A stretch of DNA of 64,000 nt, taken from contig OY760183.1 of NCBI GenBank assembly GCA_963663275.1, positions 832,001 through 896,000 on the forward strand. Reading direction: 5' to 3'. The translations under genes and the position numbers were made by a program. Source of the stretch: Chloroflexota bacterium. GTDB taxonomy: Bacteria > Chloroflexota > UBA11872 > VXOZ01. The stretch's first letter is position 1. Every line of letters begins with the position of its first letter. Positions 38,206 to 47,968 of the stretch are shown in pieces. Under the pieces are notes generated by a model. That model saw only the letters and a list, made by a program, of their open reading frames with translations, made no database searches and was not told the DNA's origin.

Positions 38206-39060
38206 GTGTTAGCTTTGGCGCGGCAGGTCGCCGCGGCGTTGCAACGCCGGGAGCCGGCGGTGATGGTCACCGTCGTCAACGCGCGCGGCGGCGTTGGCGC
38301 CGCGTTGGGCGCAAAGTTGCTCGTGGCCGCCGGCGAACGCGCGCGCGGCTCGCTGGGCGGCGCGGCCCTCGATCGGGTGGCTCAAGAGACGGCGGCGGCG
38401 GTCATCGATGCGGGCGAGCCGCGGCTGGAGCGCTACCTGCCCAACGGCGCGCCGGCGCCCCAGCGCAGCCGGACTTTCATCCAGTTGCTCTACGAGCCGC
38501 TCCTGCCGGCGGACCGTCTGCTGGTGGTCGGCGCGGGCCACATTGCCGTGCCGTTGCACGAGATTGGCGCGATACTGGGCTTCGAGGTCATCGTGGTGGA
38601 CGACCGGGCGGATTTTGCCACGCGGGAGCGTTTTCCCCGGGCCGACGAGGTGCTCTGCATCCCGTTCAGCGACGTGCCCGCGCGGGTGGCCATCGACCGC
38701 GCGACCTATCTGGTGCTGGTCACCCGGGCGCACGAGCACGATGAAGCGGTGCTGCGCCAGGTAGCCGGTTCGGCGGCGCCGTACATCGGCATGATTGGCA
38801 GCAAGCGGCGTGTGATCACCGTCTACCGGCGGCTGCTGGAAGAGGGCGTCACCGCCGAGCAACTGGGGCGGGTCTACGCGCCGGTGGGCCTTACGCTCAA
38901 CGCGCGGACGCCGCAGGAAATCGCCGTGGCCGTGATGGCGGAAGTCGTCAGCGTGAAGCGGGGCGGCGCGAGCAACCACTCGGCGCTGCGCGAACTGCCG
39001 CGTTCCCTGCGCGCGGTCTCAGCCGCGCCCCGGCCGCCGGTGTCCTTGCCGGAATCCTAG
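38206..39060 (+). CDS. XdhC family accessory protein (Rossmann C-terminal domain)
   Basis: LLVVGAGHIA, VVDDR.DFA..ERFP, VTRAHEHD, YIGMIGSKRR, APVGL..ARTPQEIAV. Confidence 0.88.
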   Translation: MLALARQVAAALQRREPAVMVTVVNARGGVGAALGAKLLVAAGERARGSLGGAALDRVAQETAAAVIDAGEPRLERYLPNGAPAPQRSRTFIQLLYEPLLPADRLLVVGAGHIAVPLHEIGAILGFEVIVVDDRADFATRERFPRADEVLCIPFSDVPARVAIDRATYLVLVTRAHEHDEAVLRQVAGSAAPYIGMIGSKRRVITVYRRLLEEGVTAEQLGRVYAPVGLTLNARTPQEIAVAVMAEVVSVKRGGASNHSALRELPRSLRAVSAAPRPPVSLPES

Positions 39061-39314
39061 CGGCGCGCCGGGCCGGTAATGCGGGGTCTTATTTTCCCGC
39101 ATTGTGTAAGCGGCGGCGCGGCGGCTCGTCACCCGCCGCTGGGGAGAAACACGAACGTTCTCTGGAATACGGCGCACCGTCCGCGTGAGGGATGCAGAAT
39201 TATACGCAAGATGATACTCTAGGGTGCATACAGGCCAAGCGGCGGTCGGCGCGTATGTATATGGTCTGATTCATGGGTGTTTGCGGCAGCAAAGAGCGAG
39301 ATGCGGAGGGTTTC

Positions 39315-39734
39315 ATGAGAAGTGCGACAAGCATTCTGCTTGTACTGATGGTCATCATTGGATTGAGCGCGTGCCGGATAGGGCCAACGGCGTCGGACAG
39401 ACCCCTGGAGGAGAGCGCGGCGCTGGGCGAATTGGATGTGGCGGAACAAGAACCGGCGCTGGTCAACGTGCTCATCGAGGCCGAGGGCATGACGCCCTCC
39501 GCTATCGCCGTGCCGCGCGGGCCGGTGCATCTGCTCATTCAGAACAAGGCGGGCCAATCGCGGACGTTCGTGCTTTCCGGTAACGAGATGGAAGAACAGA
39601 CGGCGTCGATTTCCGCCGGGCAAGACTACACGATGGAACTCATCCTGGAACCGGGAATCTACGAAATCACCGTAACCGGCGGCGGCGATCCCATGCGCGG
39701 CGTGCTGACGGTGACCATCCCCAAGTCGATCTAG
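39315..39734 (+). CDS. Cupredoxin-fold lipoprotein
   Basis: GLSAC lipobox; MTPSAIAVPRGPVHLLIQN..LEPGIYEI..MRGVLTV cupredoxin-like pattern. Confidence 0.6.
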   Translation: MRSATSILLVLMVIIGLSACRIGPTASDRPLEESAALGELDVAEQEPALVNVLIEAEGMTPSAIAVPRGPVHLLIQNKAGQSRTFVLSGNEMEEQTASISAGQDYTMELILEPGIYEITVTGGGDPMRGVLTVTIPKSI

Positions 39735-39975
39735 ACACCGGCGCGATAGGCGTTGTCCTGGTGAATGCGCGCTCAGTCCCCGCCAACAGGCCGTAGCGCG
39801 GGGGCTTGTGCCCCGCTTCTTGGCGAGCGTGGCGCTCCATCGCCGGCGAGAGCTTAGTTTCACGCCTGCGCTTGCCGTTCCTGCACGCCGATTGAGTTTG
39901 CGCCGGGCTCGAACGAGTAGAGAAAACTGAAAGAGAGCCGTGCATGCCGCTGCACGGCTCTCTTCGTTTACTTTC

Positions 39976-42018
39976 TCATTCCTTCCGCTCGTAGCCCGGC
40001 ATGAAGCCTTCGAACATATCGCGCTTCTGCGTCCAGACGCGCTCGCCCCAGCCGTTTACGCGGGTGCCCCACTCCCATTCCGGCAGGCCGGCGGCGCGTT
40101 CGGCGGTGGGCGCAACGCCTTCCAGGAAGTCGCGCGGCAGCGCGCCCTGGCACTGGGCGGGCGGCTCGAAGCTCAGCAGGTGGCAGACCAGCGGCACAAC
40201 GCTGGTGAGGTGTGTGTAGCCCAGGCGGTCCACCGGACGTTGGTAGCCCTGCTTCAGGCCGGGCCCCTGCGCCAGCAGGAAGGCCAGGTTGGAGGATTGC
40301 GCCGTGCGGGCCGTGGGCAGATAGGGCCCGTGGTGCGCGCCGTACTCCCCCGGCTTGAAGACGTAGGGATCTTGCCCGGCCGCGTCCCCGCCGGGATAGC
40401 CGCTCACGTAGCCGTCCTCCATGGCGTACACGATGTCGCCGCACTGCGCGCCCCAGCAGCCCATGAGCGCGGCGTGATGCTTGGGCAGCGCCACGGCCAC
40501 CGGGCACTGTCCGGTTTCTTCATCCACCCATGAGCGCAGCAGCGTGATCACCTCGCGCTGGATGCGCGTGTATTCCGTTGATCCTTCCGGCGCGTTGATG
40601 AATAGTTCGTAATTGCGCACGGGCGTGATGAACACCTGCGTGCGCTCCATGTCGATCTTGGCAAAGTCCTCGTTGGGATCGAAGTGCGCCACCGGCTCCG
40701 TGTAGGCCAGGTAGCCGCGGTCGTGGAGCAGGCGGGGAATGTCGGTGGCGCGGAACTGGGGTATGGCGGCGTGGTCGGAAACCACAATAACGGCGGTGTC
40801 TTCAGGAGTATTCTCCAGCAGCGTAGCGAAGAGGCGGTCGGCAACCTTGTACGATTCGCGGTAGGCGCGCCAACCCTCCGCCGCGTTTTCCTCGCGGTAG
40901 CCGGGACACGCGGGATCCACCAGCGGCAGGAATATATGGTTGATGTAGTCGAAGATGTGGATGTGGGAGTAGAGCAGCGTGTAGTCGCGTTCTTCCAGCA
41001 GATGTTTGCCCACCTTGGCGATCCACTGGCACTGGTAGTCGATCTCTTCCAGGCAGGTATCCAGGTCGGCAATGCCCCAGACGTAGGGGAAGACCGAGGC
41101 GTGTTCGAGATAGGGTCCGAAACGCTCCACCAGCGCGCGGCTGAGCGCGGGCGGCTCGCAGAAGTCGTCCACGTGCATCACCTGTGAGCGGTAGAGCATG
41201 AGGCGGCTGCCGTCGGAGGCGAGTTCAACGGTCTTGCAGCGGAAGGCCGCCGGCTGCTCTTTGCCCTCCACTGTGAACGAGCAGTAGATCCAGTCGCTCC
41301 AGCCGCCGGCGCGGGCGCGGCCCAGTTCCGTGTGGCCGTCGCGTTCCGCGCAAATGGCGATGGTGTCGTAACCCGCGCCCTCAGTGTCGAGAACCAGTCC
41401 CCAGAGGGTCTGATTCTCGCCCTCGCGTTTGGTGATGATTTCGATGGGGAACTCCAGGGGCGGCTTGCCGCCGGCGGCGTTCTCCGGCAGATTTTGCCAG
41501 GCCCCGCGCGCCGCCGGTTGCAGGGCAATCCGCGTGCTATTGGTGACGCCGGCCGCGCTGGTGTAGCCCCAGGCGGGCGTGACCTCGAACGGCGTCGAGC
41601 CGTAGTTGGGATGCCCGAAGCCGTCGATGACGTGGGCGAGCGGATGCTGGCTGGGCGAGGCCGCGGGATAGTGGATTGCCACGCTCTTGCGCCCGGCTTT
41701 AGCGGCGGCCTCGAACACGTTCTCCGCCGCCACCGCCGGACGGACGAAAGCGGAGAGCGTCTGCTCCTCGTCGCGGGGCGTGGGCAGGTTCAGGAACCAG
41801 CGCGAGACGCTGTGGGCGCCGGTATGCGCGCCGGTGGCCAGGGTGGTCCAGTTGGTGGGCGTCCACACGGGCATAGAGGGATACGCCTCGCCCACGATGC
41901 CGGCTTCCGCCAGCCGCTTGAGGTTCGGCAGCAGCCCCTCGGCGGCAAACCGCTCGTACATGGGGAACATCATGCCGTCCAGTCCGATGACGTAGATGCG
42001 GCGTGCTTGTTTGGTCAT
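39976..42018 (-). CDS. Alkaline phosphatase superfamily protein (type I phosphodiesterase/nucleotide pyrophosphatase-like)
   Basis: VIGLDG, TPTNWTTLATG, DYINH, VVSDH motifs. Confidence 0.82.
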   Translation of the reverse strand: MTKQARRIYVIGLDGMMFPMYERFAAEGLLPNLKRLAEAGIVGEAYPSMPVWTPTNWTTLATGAHTGAHSVSRWFLNLPTPRDEEQTLSAFVRPAVAAENVFEAAAKAGRKSVAIHYPAASPSQHPLAHVIDGFGHPNYGSTPFEVTPAWGYTSAAGVTNSTRIALQPAARGAWQNLPENAAGGKPPLEFPIEIITKREGENQTLWGLVLDTEGAGYDTIAICAERDGHTELGRARAGGWSDWIYCSFTVEGKEQPAAFRCKTVELASDGSRLMLYRSQVMHVDDFCEPPALSRALVERFGPYLEHASVFPYVWGIADLDTCLEEIDYQCQWIAKVGKHLLEERDYTLLYSHIHIFDYINHIFLPLVDPACPGYREENAAEGWRAYRESYKVADRLFATLLENTPEDTAVIVVSDHAAIPQFRATDIPRLLHDRGYLAYTEPVAHFDPNEDFAKIDMERTQVFITPVRNYELFINAPEGSTEYTRIQREVITLLRSWVDEETGQCPVAVALPKHHAALMGCWGAQCGDIVYAMEDGYVSGYPGGDAAGQDPYVFKPGEYGAHHGPYLPTARTAQSSNLAFLLAQGPGLKQGYQRPVDRLGYTHLTSVVPLVCHLLSFEPPAQCQGALPRDFLEGVAPTAERAAGLPEWEWGTRVNGWGERVWTQKRDMFEGFMPGYERKE

Positions 42019-42034
42019 TGCTTTCACTCCCTTT

Positions 42035-42175
42035 GGAGACCATTACATAACTCCGTCACTCCGGCAAAAGCCGGAGTCCAGAGTGCGCTTACAACTAAAG
42101 TTAGCATGATTTCAAGCCTTTTCACCCCCATCCCAGCCTTCCCCCTCGAGGGGGAAGGGGCTATGCAAGGCTTTC
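42035..42175. mobile_element. MITE with IS5-like TIRs, copy 2 (diverged, reverse orientation)
   Basis: Colinear with the reverse complement of 15239-15380 (GGAGACC..ATAACTC.GTCA.TCCGGC.AAAGCCGGA.TCCAG..CAACTAAAG..AGCATGA..TTTCACCCCCATCCC.GCCTTCCCCCTCGA.GGGGAAGGGG). Confidence 0.75.
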
Positions 42176-42187
42176 ATTTGGAGACCC

Positions 42188-43102
42188 CTAGGCTTCCATT
42201 TCCAGCAGCACCCAGTCGCCCGCCTGTTGGCGGCGGCGCAGGGCGAAGCCGGCCGCGTCCAGGGCGGCCAGCGTTTCAGCGGCTTTATCTTCGATGATGC
42301 CACAGGCCAGCAGGCGTCCGCGCGGCGCGACCACGGCCCGCAGCAACGGCGCCAGCGTGATGAGCGTCTGGGCGGTGATGTTGGCCAGCGCCACGTCGTA
42401 GCGCGCGGAGGCGTCCGCCAGCGGCAGCGTGCGCTCCATCACGGTGACGATTTCGGCCAGTCCCGCTTGCGCCGCGTTATCGCGCGCGGCGGCTACAGCG
42501 ACGGAATCCGTGTCGATCGCATCCACCCGCGCCGCGCCGAGCATGGCCGCGCCGATGGCCAGGATGCCGGAGCCGGTACCCACGTCGAGCACTTTTTTTC
42601 CTGCAATTGGCGACTTTTCCAGCGCCTCCAGGCAAAGTTGGGTAGTGGGGTGCGTGCCGGTGCCAAAGGCCATGCCCGGATCCAGCGCGATCACGATCTC
42701 GTGCGGTTGCGGCTCGTATTCCTGCCAGCGCGGTTTGACCACCAGGCGCTCGCCCACGTGGAGCACGGTATAGAATTGCTTCCAGGCGTTGGCCCAGTCC
42801 TCTTCCGCCACCCAGCGCGTTTGCAGTTCACCGACCAGGTCGCCGTGAAAGGCGTGCAGGTGCCAGAGGTCGCGTTCCAGGCCGCCGCGCCGGGAAGAGA
42901 GCGCGCCGGTATCGGGCAGATAGCTGGTCAGTGTCAGCCAGTCCCCCACCGGCCGCGGGTCGTGGTCCACGGTTTCCTGGGCGTGCTCCTGGAAGAGCGC
43001 CACGCCGCCCTCACCCCATTTGTGCAGCAGCGCCGCCACCGTCTCCGCCGCTTCCTGGTGCGCCCGCACGGAGAGTTCCAGCCAGCGTTTCGGCGCGCTC
43101 AT
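42188..43102 (-). CDS. prmA: Ribosomal protein L11 methyltransferase
   Basis: EEDWANAWKQFY, LDPGMAFGTGTHPTT.LCL, VLDVGTGSGILAI. Confidence 0.95.
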   Translation of the reverse strand: MSAPKRWLELSVRAHQEAAETVAALLHKWGEGGVALFQEHAQETVDHDPRPVGDWLTLTSYLPDTGALSSRRGGLERDLWHLHAFHGDLVGELQTRWVAEEDWANAWKQFYTVLHVGERLVVKPRWQEYEPQPHEIVIALDPGMAFGTGTHPTTQLCLEALEKSPIAGKKVLDVGTGSGILAIGAAMLGAARVDAIDTDSVAVAAARDNAAQAGLAEIVTVMERTLPLADASARYDVALANITAQTLITLAPLLRAVVAPRGRLLACGIIEDKAAETLAALDAAGFALRRRQQAGDWVLLEMEA

Positions 43103-43369
43103 GCCGCTTGCCCGTTTCCTGCCGCCGCGCCGGGCCGGAGAGAGGCTGGGACGACGTGCCCCGCGCCGGTCAGCGTAGGCCGCCATACTGCGTTCTCAAT
43201 CCGCCTCCGCGCGGCCTCCCGCCGAGAGAATGGGACAATGCGGCCCCAAGGGAACGAGCGCGTCTTTGCGCGCCGTACCAAAGGCGGTTCGCTCATTGTC
43301 AAGTGCTTAGAGCAGCGCAAGCGCCGGTTCGACCTCTCATTGAATAGGCATACTTTGACCGGACACCTT

Positions 43370-43399
43370 TTGACCACGCGTCTTGCAGTTGGCTATACT
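43370..43399 (+). promoter_or_regulatory. sigma70-type promoter of the Cache-domain gene
   Basis: TTGACC-18 nt-TATACT. Confidence 0.5.
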
Positions 43400-43442
43400 A
43401 CTGGCAATGTTTCCGGGCAGCGATCTAAAGGGAGAGTAAAAG

Positions 43443-45074
43443 GTGCGCATTAGACAATACTCTACACGAGCGCGGGCGATTCTACTATCCTTAGCCTTTG
43501 CCGCGCTCGCAATCCTGGCAACCGCCTGCGGCGGCCCCACGGCAGTGGACGAAGACGCGATCACGGAGGCGTACGTAGAGAAAGCCTTGAAGCTCTATGC
43601 CGATGAGGGCCTGGATGCGGTGGTCTCCTATTACAGCAGCCAGGATAGCATAGAGGACGAGCGCTACCTGGTGGTAGTAGATGCGGATACCTACGTCGCG
43701 CTGGCGTTGCCCTTTACCGAAGTGATAGGCGGCGTTCTTGAATTCTTGGCCCCGGGCGGGCCTTTCCATGGCGAAGTGGCCAAGATCACGGCGGAAGGCC
43801 ACTGGTTCGAAGCCCTCGCCATCAATCCCATCACGCTCCAGCAGGAACCGGCCCGTTATTTCGCTGTCCCGCGCGACGGGCTGCTATTCGTGTCGGCCCA
43901 CTTCACTCTGATAGAGAACGTCGAAGTCGCCACGAGGGAATACGTCGCCAGGGCGATAACCCGCTACGAGAACGACGGCAAGGACGCAACGGTCGCGCAT
44001 TACAACAGCCGCGACAGCATGGACGGCCAGTTCTACCTATTCATGGTGGACGAAAACGACCTGTACGTGGTTCATCCCATCTTCCCCGGCCTGATTGGCA
44101 CGGACATCAAGGACGTGGTGGCGACGGACGGGTATGAGTTGGGCAAGGAGATTGCGCGTGCGACCGAGGAAGGCCTGTGGGTGAAATACCTCTGGCCCAA
44201 TCCGCTTACCGGCAGGGAAGAATCCAAGGTTACGTGGGCGGTGCGGCACGACGGCAAGATCTTCGCGTCGGGTTACTACACCGGGGTCGAAGATACCACC
44301 GAACTGCCCTGGACGAATGCGGATCCCCAGGACTATACCAAGGATTACGTGGACAGGGCCATAGAGCGATACCGGCGCGACGGCCTGGAGTCATTCAAGG
44401 CCTACTACAATAGCGTCGCGAGTTTCGAAGGTCAATGGTACCTTTTCGTGATGGATGCGAACGACGATTACATCGTTCACCCCGTCTTCCCCAGCCTGAT
44501 TGGAACCGACGTCAAGGACGTGGTGGGTTCCGACGGCTATCGCCTGGGTGAGGAAATCGCCAAGGCTACCGCAGAAGGCATTTGGCTGGAGTACCTGTGG
44601 CCCCATCCGATTACGATGGATGATGCTACCAAGGTGGCGTACGCCGTGCGGCACGACGACATGATCTTCGCGTCGGGCTACTACATCAACCAGGACGATG
44701 CCCCCGAGTACACCAAAGAGTACGTGCGCGAGGCGATTGAGCGGTACGAGCGGGACGGCCTGGAAGCTATGGTGGCGTACTACAACAGCCGGGAAAGCCA
44801 CGTCGAACAATGGTTCCTGACCGTAATCGGGAGAGATGAGACCTTCATCGTTCACGGTTTATTCCCCAATCTGATTGGAACCAAGGCCGAGGACTTCGTG
44901 GACACCGAAGGCAAACAGGTGGGCGCGGAAACCATGAAGGCGACGGAGGAAGGAATCTGGGTCCAGTCCCTGACCCGCAGCGTCACGGGCTCGGGCTCGA
45001 GCAAGATCCACATCTGGGCCGTTCGCCACGATGGGATGGTCTTCATGTCGCTCTACTACGACGCGCCCGAGTAG
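43443..45074 (+). CDS. Lipoprotein with four tandem single-Cache domains and no signalling domain
   Basis: LATAC lipobox; four repeats of YV..AI.RY..DG......YNS..S..GQ.YLF...HP...LIGT...W..Y.WP.P...K...VRHD..IFASGYY. Confidence 0.82.
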   Translation: MRIRQYSTRARAILLSLAFAALAILATACGGPTAVDEDAITEAYVEKALKLYADEGLDAVVSYYSSQDSIEDERYLVVVDADTYVALALPFTEVIGGVLEFLAPGGPFHGEVAKITAEGHWFEALAINPITLQQEPARYFAVPRDGLLFVSAHFTLIENVEVATREYVARAITRYENDGKDATVAHYNSRDSMDGQFYLFMVDENDLYVVHPIFPGLIGTDIKDVVATDGYELGKEIARATEEGLWVKYLWPNPLTGREESKVTWAVRHDGKIFASGYYTGVEDTTELPWTNADPQDYTKDYVDRAIERYRRDGLESFKAYYNSVASFEGQWYLFVMDANDDYIVHPVFPSLIGTDVKDVVGSDGYRLGEEIAKATAEGIWLEYLWPHPITMDDATKVAYAVRHDDMIFASGYYINQDDAPEYTKEYVREAIERYERDGLEAMVAYYNSRESHVEQWFLTVIGRDETFIVHGLFPNLIGTKAEDFVDTEGKQVGAETMKATEEGIWVQSLTRSVTGSGSSKIHIWAVRHDGMVFMSLYYDAPE

Positions 45075-45370
45075 GCGCGCGGGGGGCGGCGGCAAGCGGG
45101 CCTGGGGGGTACCGTCTCCCGCCCGGGCGGCGGTAACGCCCGCGGCGGTTACGACGTAGGAAGAGTGTGCGCGGCGCTGTGCCGGCGGTGAACAGTCGTC
45201 ATCCCGGCACGGCGCCGCGCCGTCTTGCGGACGGGTTGCGCTCGGCCCTGGGCGCGCTGGACTCCGCCGCGTGACCGGCGCGGGGGCCTGATGCGCGCGT
45301 GACGAAGTCCACGCCGCCAGCGGTTAGTCGCTCTTTTGAGTACCATAGATTACTTGGAACTGAAGTTGGC

Positions 45371-45916
45371 CTACAGATTCTGGCGCAGACTTCTAAACGC
45401 ATCGGAGAGACTACCGCCATAATGATGCAACCAAGCCTCGGGCGAATTGGGATTGACACTTAGCCAGAACGTATCGCTTCCCTCACTACCTCCGTGCTGT
45501 GGCCGATGGCCAATAACGTATTGCTCGAGAGTGAGTTTCGGGATAGCCCAACAATGCGCTTCGAATGGAGAAAGTCCAAGGCAGATTGCAAGTTCATAGT
45601 CTTGATCTCGGAACTGTTGAAACTTATAAATGCCACTCTTCCATAGACTGGAGAACTTTATCTCCACCCTCTTTCCCTCTATGATGCGATCAGCTTCTAC
45701 GTCAGGGCTCCTGACAACATTCAAATCTCTCGCAGCGCACCATCCAGCTACTAGCTGCTCTCCAATTTTCCCTCTTTGTCGTGAGGGTTTTTCCTTAATC
45801 CAACCAAAGGGGCTTCTTTGCCAAGCTTCTTCCAAAGGATCTAGGTATTCATCACGCAGACACCCCGCAATCGAAGCAAGCAGCTTTACATCTGGATCGT
45901 CAATTTCCTGCTGCAT
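45371..45916 (-). CDS. Putative PD-(D/E)XK restriction endonuclease-like protein
   Basis: GKIGEQLV..EADRIIEGKRVEIKFS pattern; low GC; 8 nt downstream of the MTase stop. Confidence 0.6.
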   Translation of the reverse strand: MQQEIDDPDVKLLASIAGCLRDEYLDPLEEAWQRSPFGWIKEKPSRQRGKIGEQLVAGWCAARDLNVVRSPDVEADRIIEGKRVEIKFSSLWKSGIYKFQQFRDQDYELAICLGLSPFEAHCWAIPKLTLEQYVIGHRPQHGGSEGSDTFWLSVNPNSPEAWLHHYGGSLSDAFRSLRQNL

Positions 45917-45924
45917 TCAATTAC

Positions 45925-46821
45925 CTATCCTTGTGAAGCGTGAAAGTCAAAGAGTGAGGGCTCTCTAGGTTGAACAATGTCTGGATCTGGATCAAAGTTC
46001 ACGAAATCTACTTTGCAGTTTGATAGCCGCTTTGCCATAGTCTCTATGGCTTCCGGATTACTGTCGACCAGCACGAAAGAGCGACCGCATTCCTGAGCTG
46101 CCATTCCTGTCGTGCCACTCCCGGCAAAGAAATCCAGCACCCTATCTCCAGGACGCGACGAAGCACGAACAATACGCCGTAGTATACCCAACGGCTTTTG
46201 GGTGGGATAACCCGTACGCTCCCTGCTGTTGGTGGGCACAATTGTGTGCCACCACACGTCAGTAGGGAGCTTGCCACGTGCTGCTTTTTCAGGGCCAACT
46301 AAACCAGGAGCCAAGTATGGTACACGGTCAATGTCGTCAACATTGAAGACATAGTCATCGGGATTCTTCACATAAACGAGGATATTGTCATGCTTTGGCG
46401 GCCACTTGCGCTTTGTTCGGAATCCGTAGTCGTACGCCCAAATAACCTCGTTAAGGAATCGCTCCCTACCAAAAATTTGATCCAACAGCACTTTGCAGTA
46501 GTGGACTTCTCGATAATCAATGTGAAAATAGAACGTGCCGTTGGGTGCAAGCAATCGAAAGCCTTCACGCAAGCGCGGTTCTAAGAATTCTAGGTAGTCG
46601 TCAAAGGCGTCCTGGTATGAACGGCTACCAACTTTCTCAGTTCGGTAACGCTTTCCCTTGAATCCTACACGATCTCCAGCGTCATCTGAGATAGTGCGCA
46701 GTCGGGTATAGGTCCGCTCTTTTCCCGTGTTGAAAGGTGGGTCGATATAAATCAGAGGGAAGGATTCATCCGGGAAATCTTTGAGAATGGGGAGGTTGTC
46801 ACCGAACCAGACCTGGTTCAT
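45925..46821 (-). CDS. Site-specific DNA methyltransferase (N6/N4, beta-class)
   Basis: Motif IV IYIDPPFNTG precedes motif I LDFFAGSGTT; YPTQKP; start overlaps the dnaJ stop (ATGA). Confidence 0.92.
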   Translation of the reverse strand: MNQVWFGDNLPILKDFPDESFPLIYIDPPFNTGKERTYTRLRTISDDAGDRVGFKGKRYRTEKVGSRSYQDAFDDYLEFLEPRLREGFRLLAPNGTFYFHIDYREVHYCKVLLDQIFGRERFLNEVIWAYDYGFRTKRKWPPKHDNILVYVKNPDDYVFNVDDIDRVPYLAPGLVGPEKAARGKLPTDVWWHTIVPTNSRERTGYPTQKPLGILRRIVRASSRPGDRVLDFFAGSGTTGMAAQECGRSFVLVDSNPEAIETMAKRLSNCKVDFVNFDPDPDIVQPREPSLFDFHASQG

Positions 46822-47942
46822 CCCAGCGCGTCCTTCATCTTATCGAAGAAGCCCTTGTCGTCGTGCGGGTTGGCGGCGTTGCCGAACGTGCGGGAAAGCT
46901 CGCGGAGCAGTTCCTTCTGTTCGGCGGTGAGGCGTTTGGGCACCTCCACCTGCACGTGGACGTGCTGGTCGCCCCGGCCGCCGCCGTTCAGGTGCGGCAC
47001 GCCGCGCCGCCGCAGGGTGAAAACCGAGCCGGACTGGGTGCCGGGCGGAATTTCCAGGCTTTCGTTGCCTTCCAGCGTGGGCACCTGCACGGAGTCGCCC
47101 AGCGCGGCCTGGGCGAAGTTCACGCGGTAGTCCAGGTGGATGTCGTCGTCTTCCCGTTGGAAGCGCTCGTCGGGCCGCACCGTGATGAAGACGTAGAGGT
47201 CGCCGCGCGGGCCGCCCCGGGGGCCGGCTTCACCCTGGCCGCCCAGCCGGATGCGCAGTCCCGTATCCACGCCGGCCGGCACCTTGACCGTAATGGTGCG
47301 TTGCTGCTTGGTGCGCCCGCTGCCCACGCACGCGCCGCAGCGCACGGTGGGCACGCGGCCCTGGCCGCCGCAGCGCGAGCAGGTGGCCACGGTGGTGAAC
47401 TGCCCAAAGAGGTTCGACTGCATGCGGCGCACCTGGCCCTGCCCTTTGCAGGAGGGGCACGTGCTGATCTTGCTGCCGGGCTCGGCGCCGCTGCCCGAAC
47501 ACGCCGCGCAGGATTCGAGCCGCGAGACCTCGATGTCCTTCTCCGCGCCAAAGACGGCCTCCGCGAACTCCAGCGTCAGGTCCAGGCGCAGGTCGGCGCC
47601 GGCTTCCGGGCCGGAGCGGGCGGAAGGGCGCGCGCCGGCGCCAAAGAAGGCGTCGAAGATGTCGCCGATGCCTCCCATGTCCGCCGGGTCCACGCCCCGG
47701 GGCATGCCGCCGGCGCCGCGCCCGTTGCTGTGGCCGAAGAGGTCGTACGCCCGCCGCTTCTGCGGATCGCGCAGGGTCTCGTACGCCTCGTTGATCTCCT
47801 TGAACCGCGTCTCGGCGTCCGGCTCTTTGTTCACGTCCGGGTGGTACTGCCGGGCGAGTTTGCGAAAGGCCTGCTTGATCTCCGCTTCCGAGGCGTTGCG
47901 GTTCACGCCCAGCGTGTCGTAATAATCGGCTTTGGTGCTCAT
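46818..47942 (-). CDS. dnaJ: Molecular chaperone DnaJ
   Basis: J-domain HPD, G/F region, four CxxCxGxG repeats. Confidence 0.97.
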   Translation of the reverse strand: MSTKADYYDTLGVNRNASEAEIKQAFRKLARQYHPDVNKEPDAETRFKEINEAYETLRDPQKRRAYDLFGHSNGRGAGGMPRGVDPADMGGIGDIFDAFFGAGARPSARSGPEAGADLRLDLTLEFAEAVFGAEKDIEVSRLESCAACSGSGAEPGSKISTCPSCKGQGQVRRMQSNLFGQFTTVATCSRCGGQGRVPTVRCGACVGSGRTKQQRTITVKVPAGVDTGLRIRLGGQGEAGPRGGPRGDLYVFITVRPDERFQREDDDIHLDYRVNFAQAALGDSVQVPTLEGNESLEIPPGTQSGSVFTLRRRGVPHLNGGGRGDQHVHVQVEVPKRLTAEQKELLRELSRTFGNAANPHDDKGFFDKMKDALG

Positions 47943-47968
47943 TAGGTTCCTGATTCGCTCGCTTGGGC

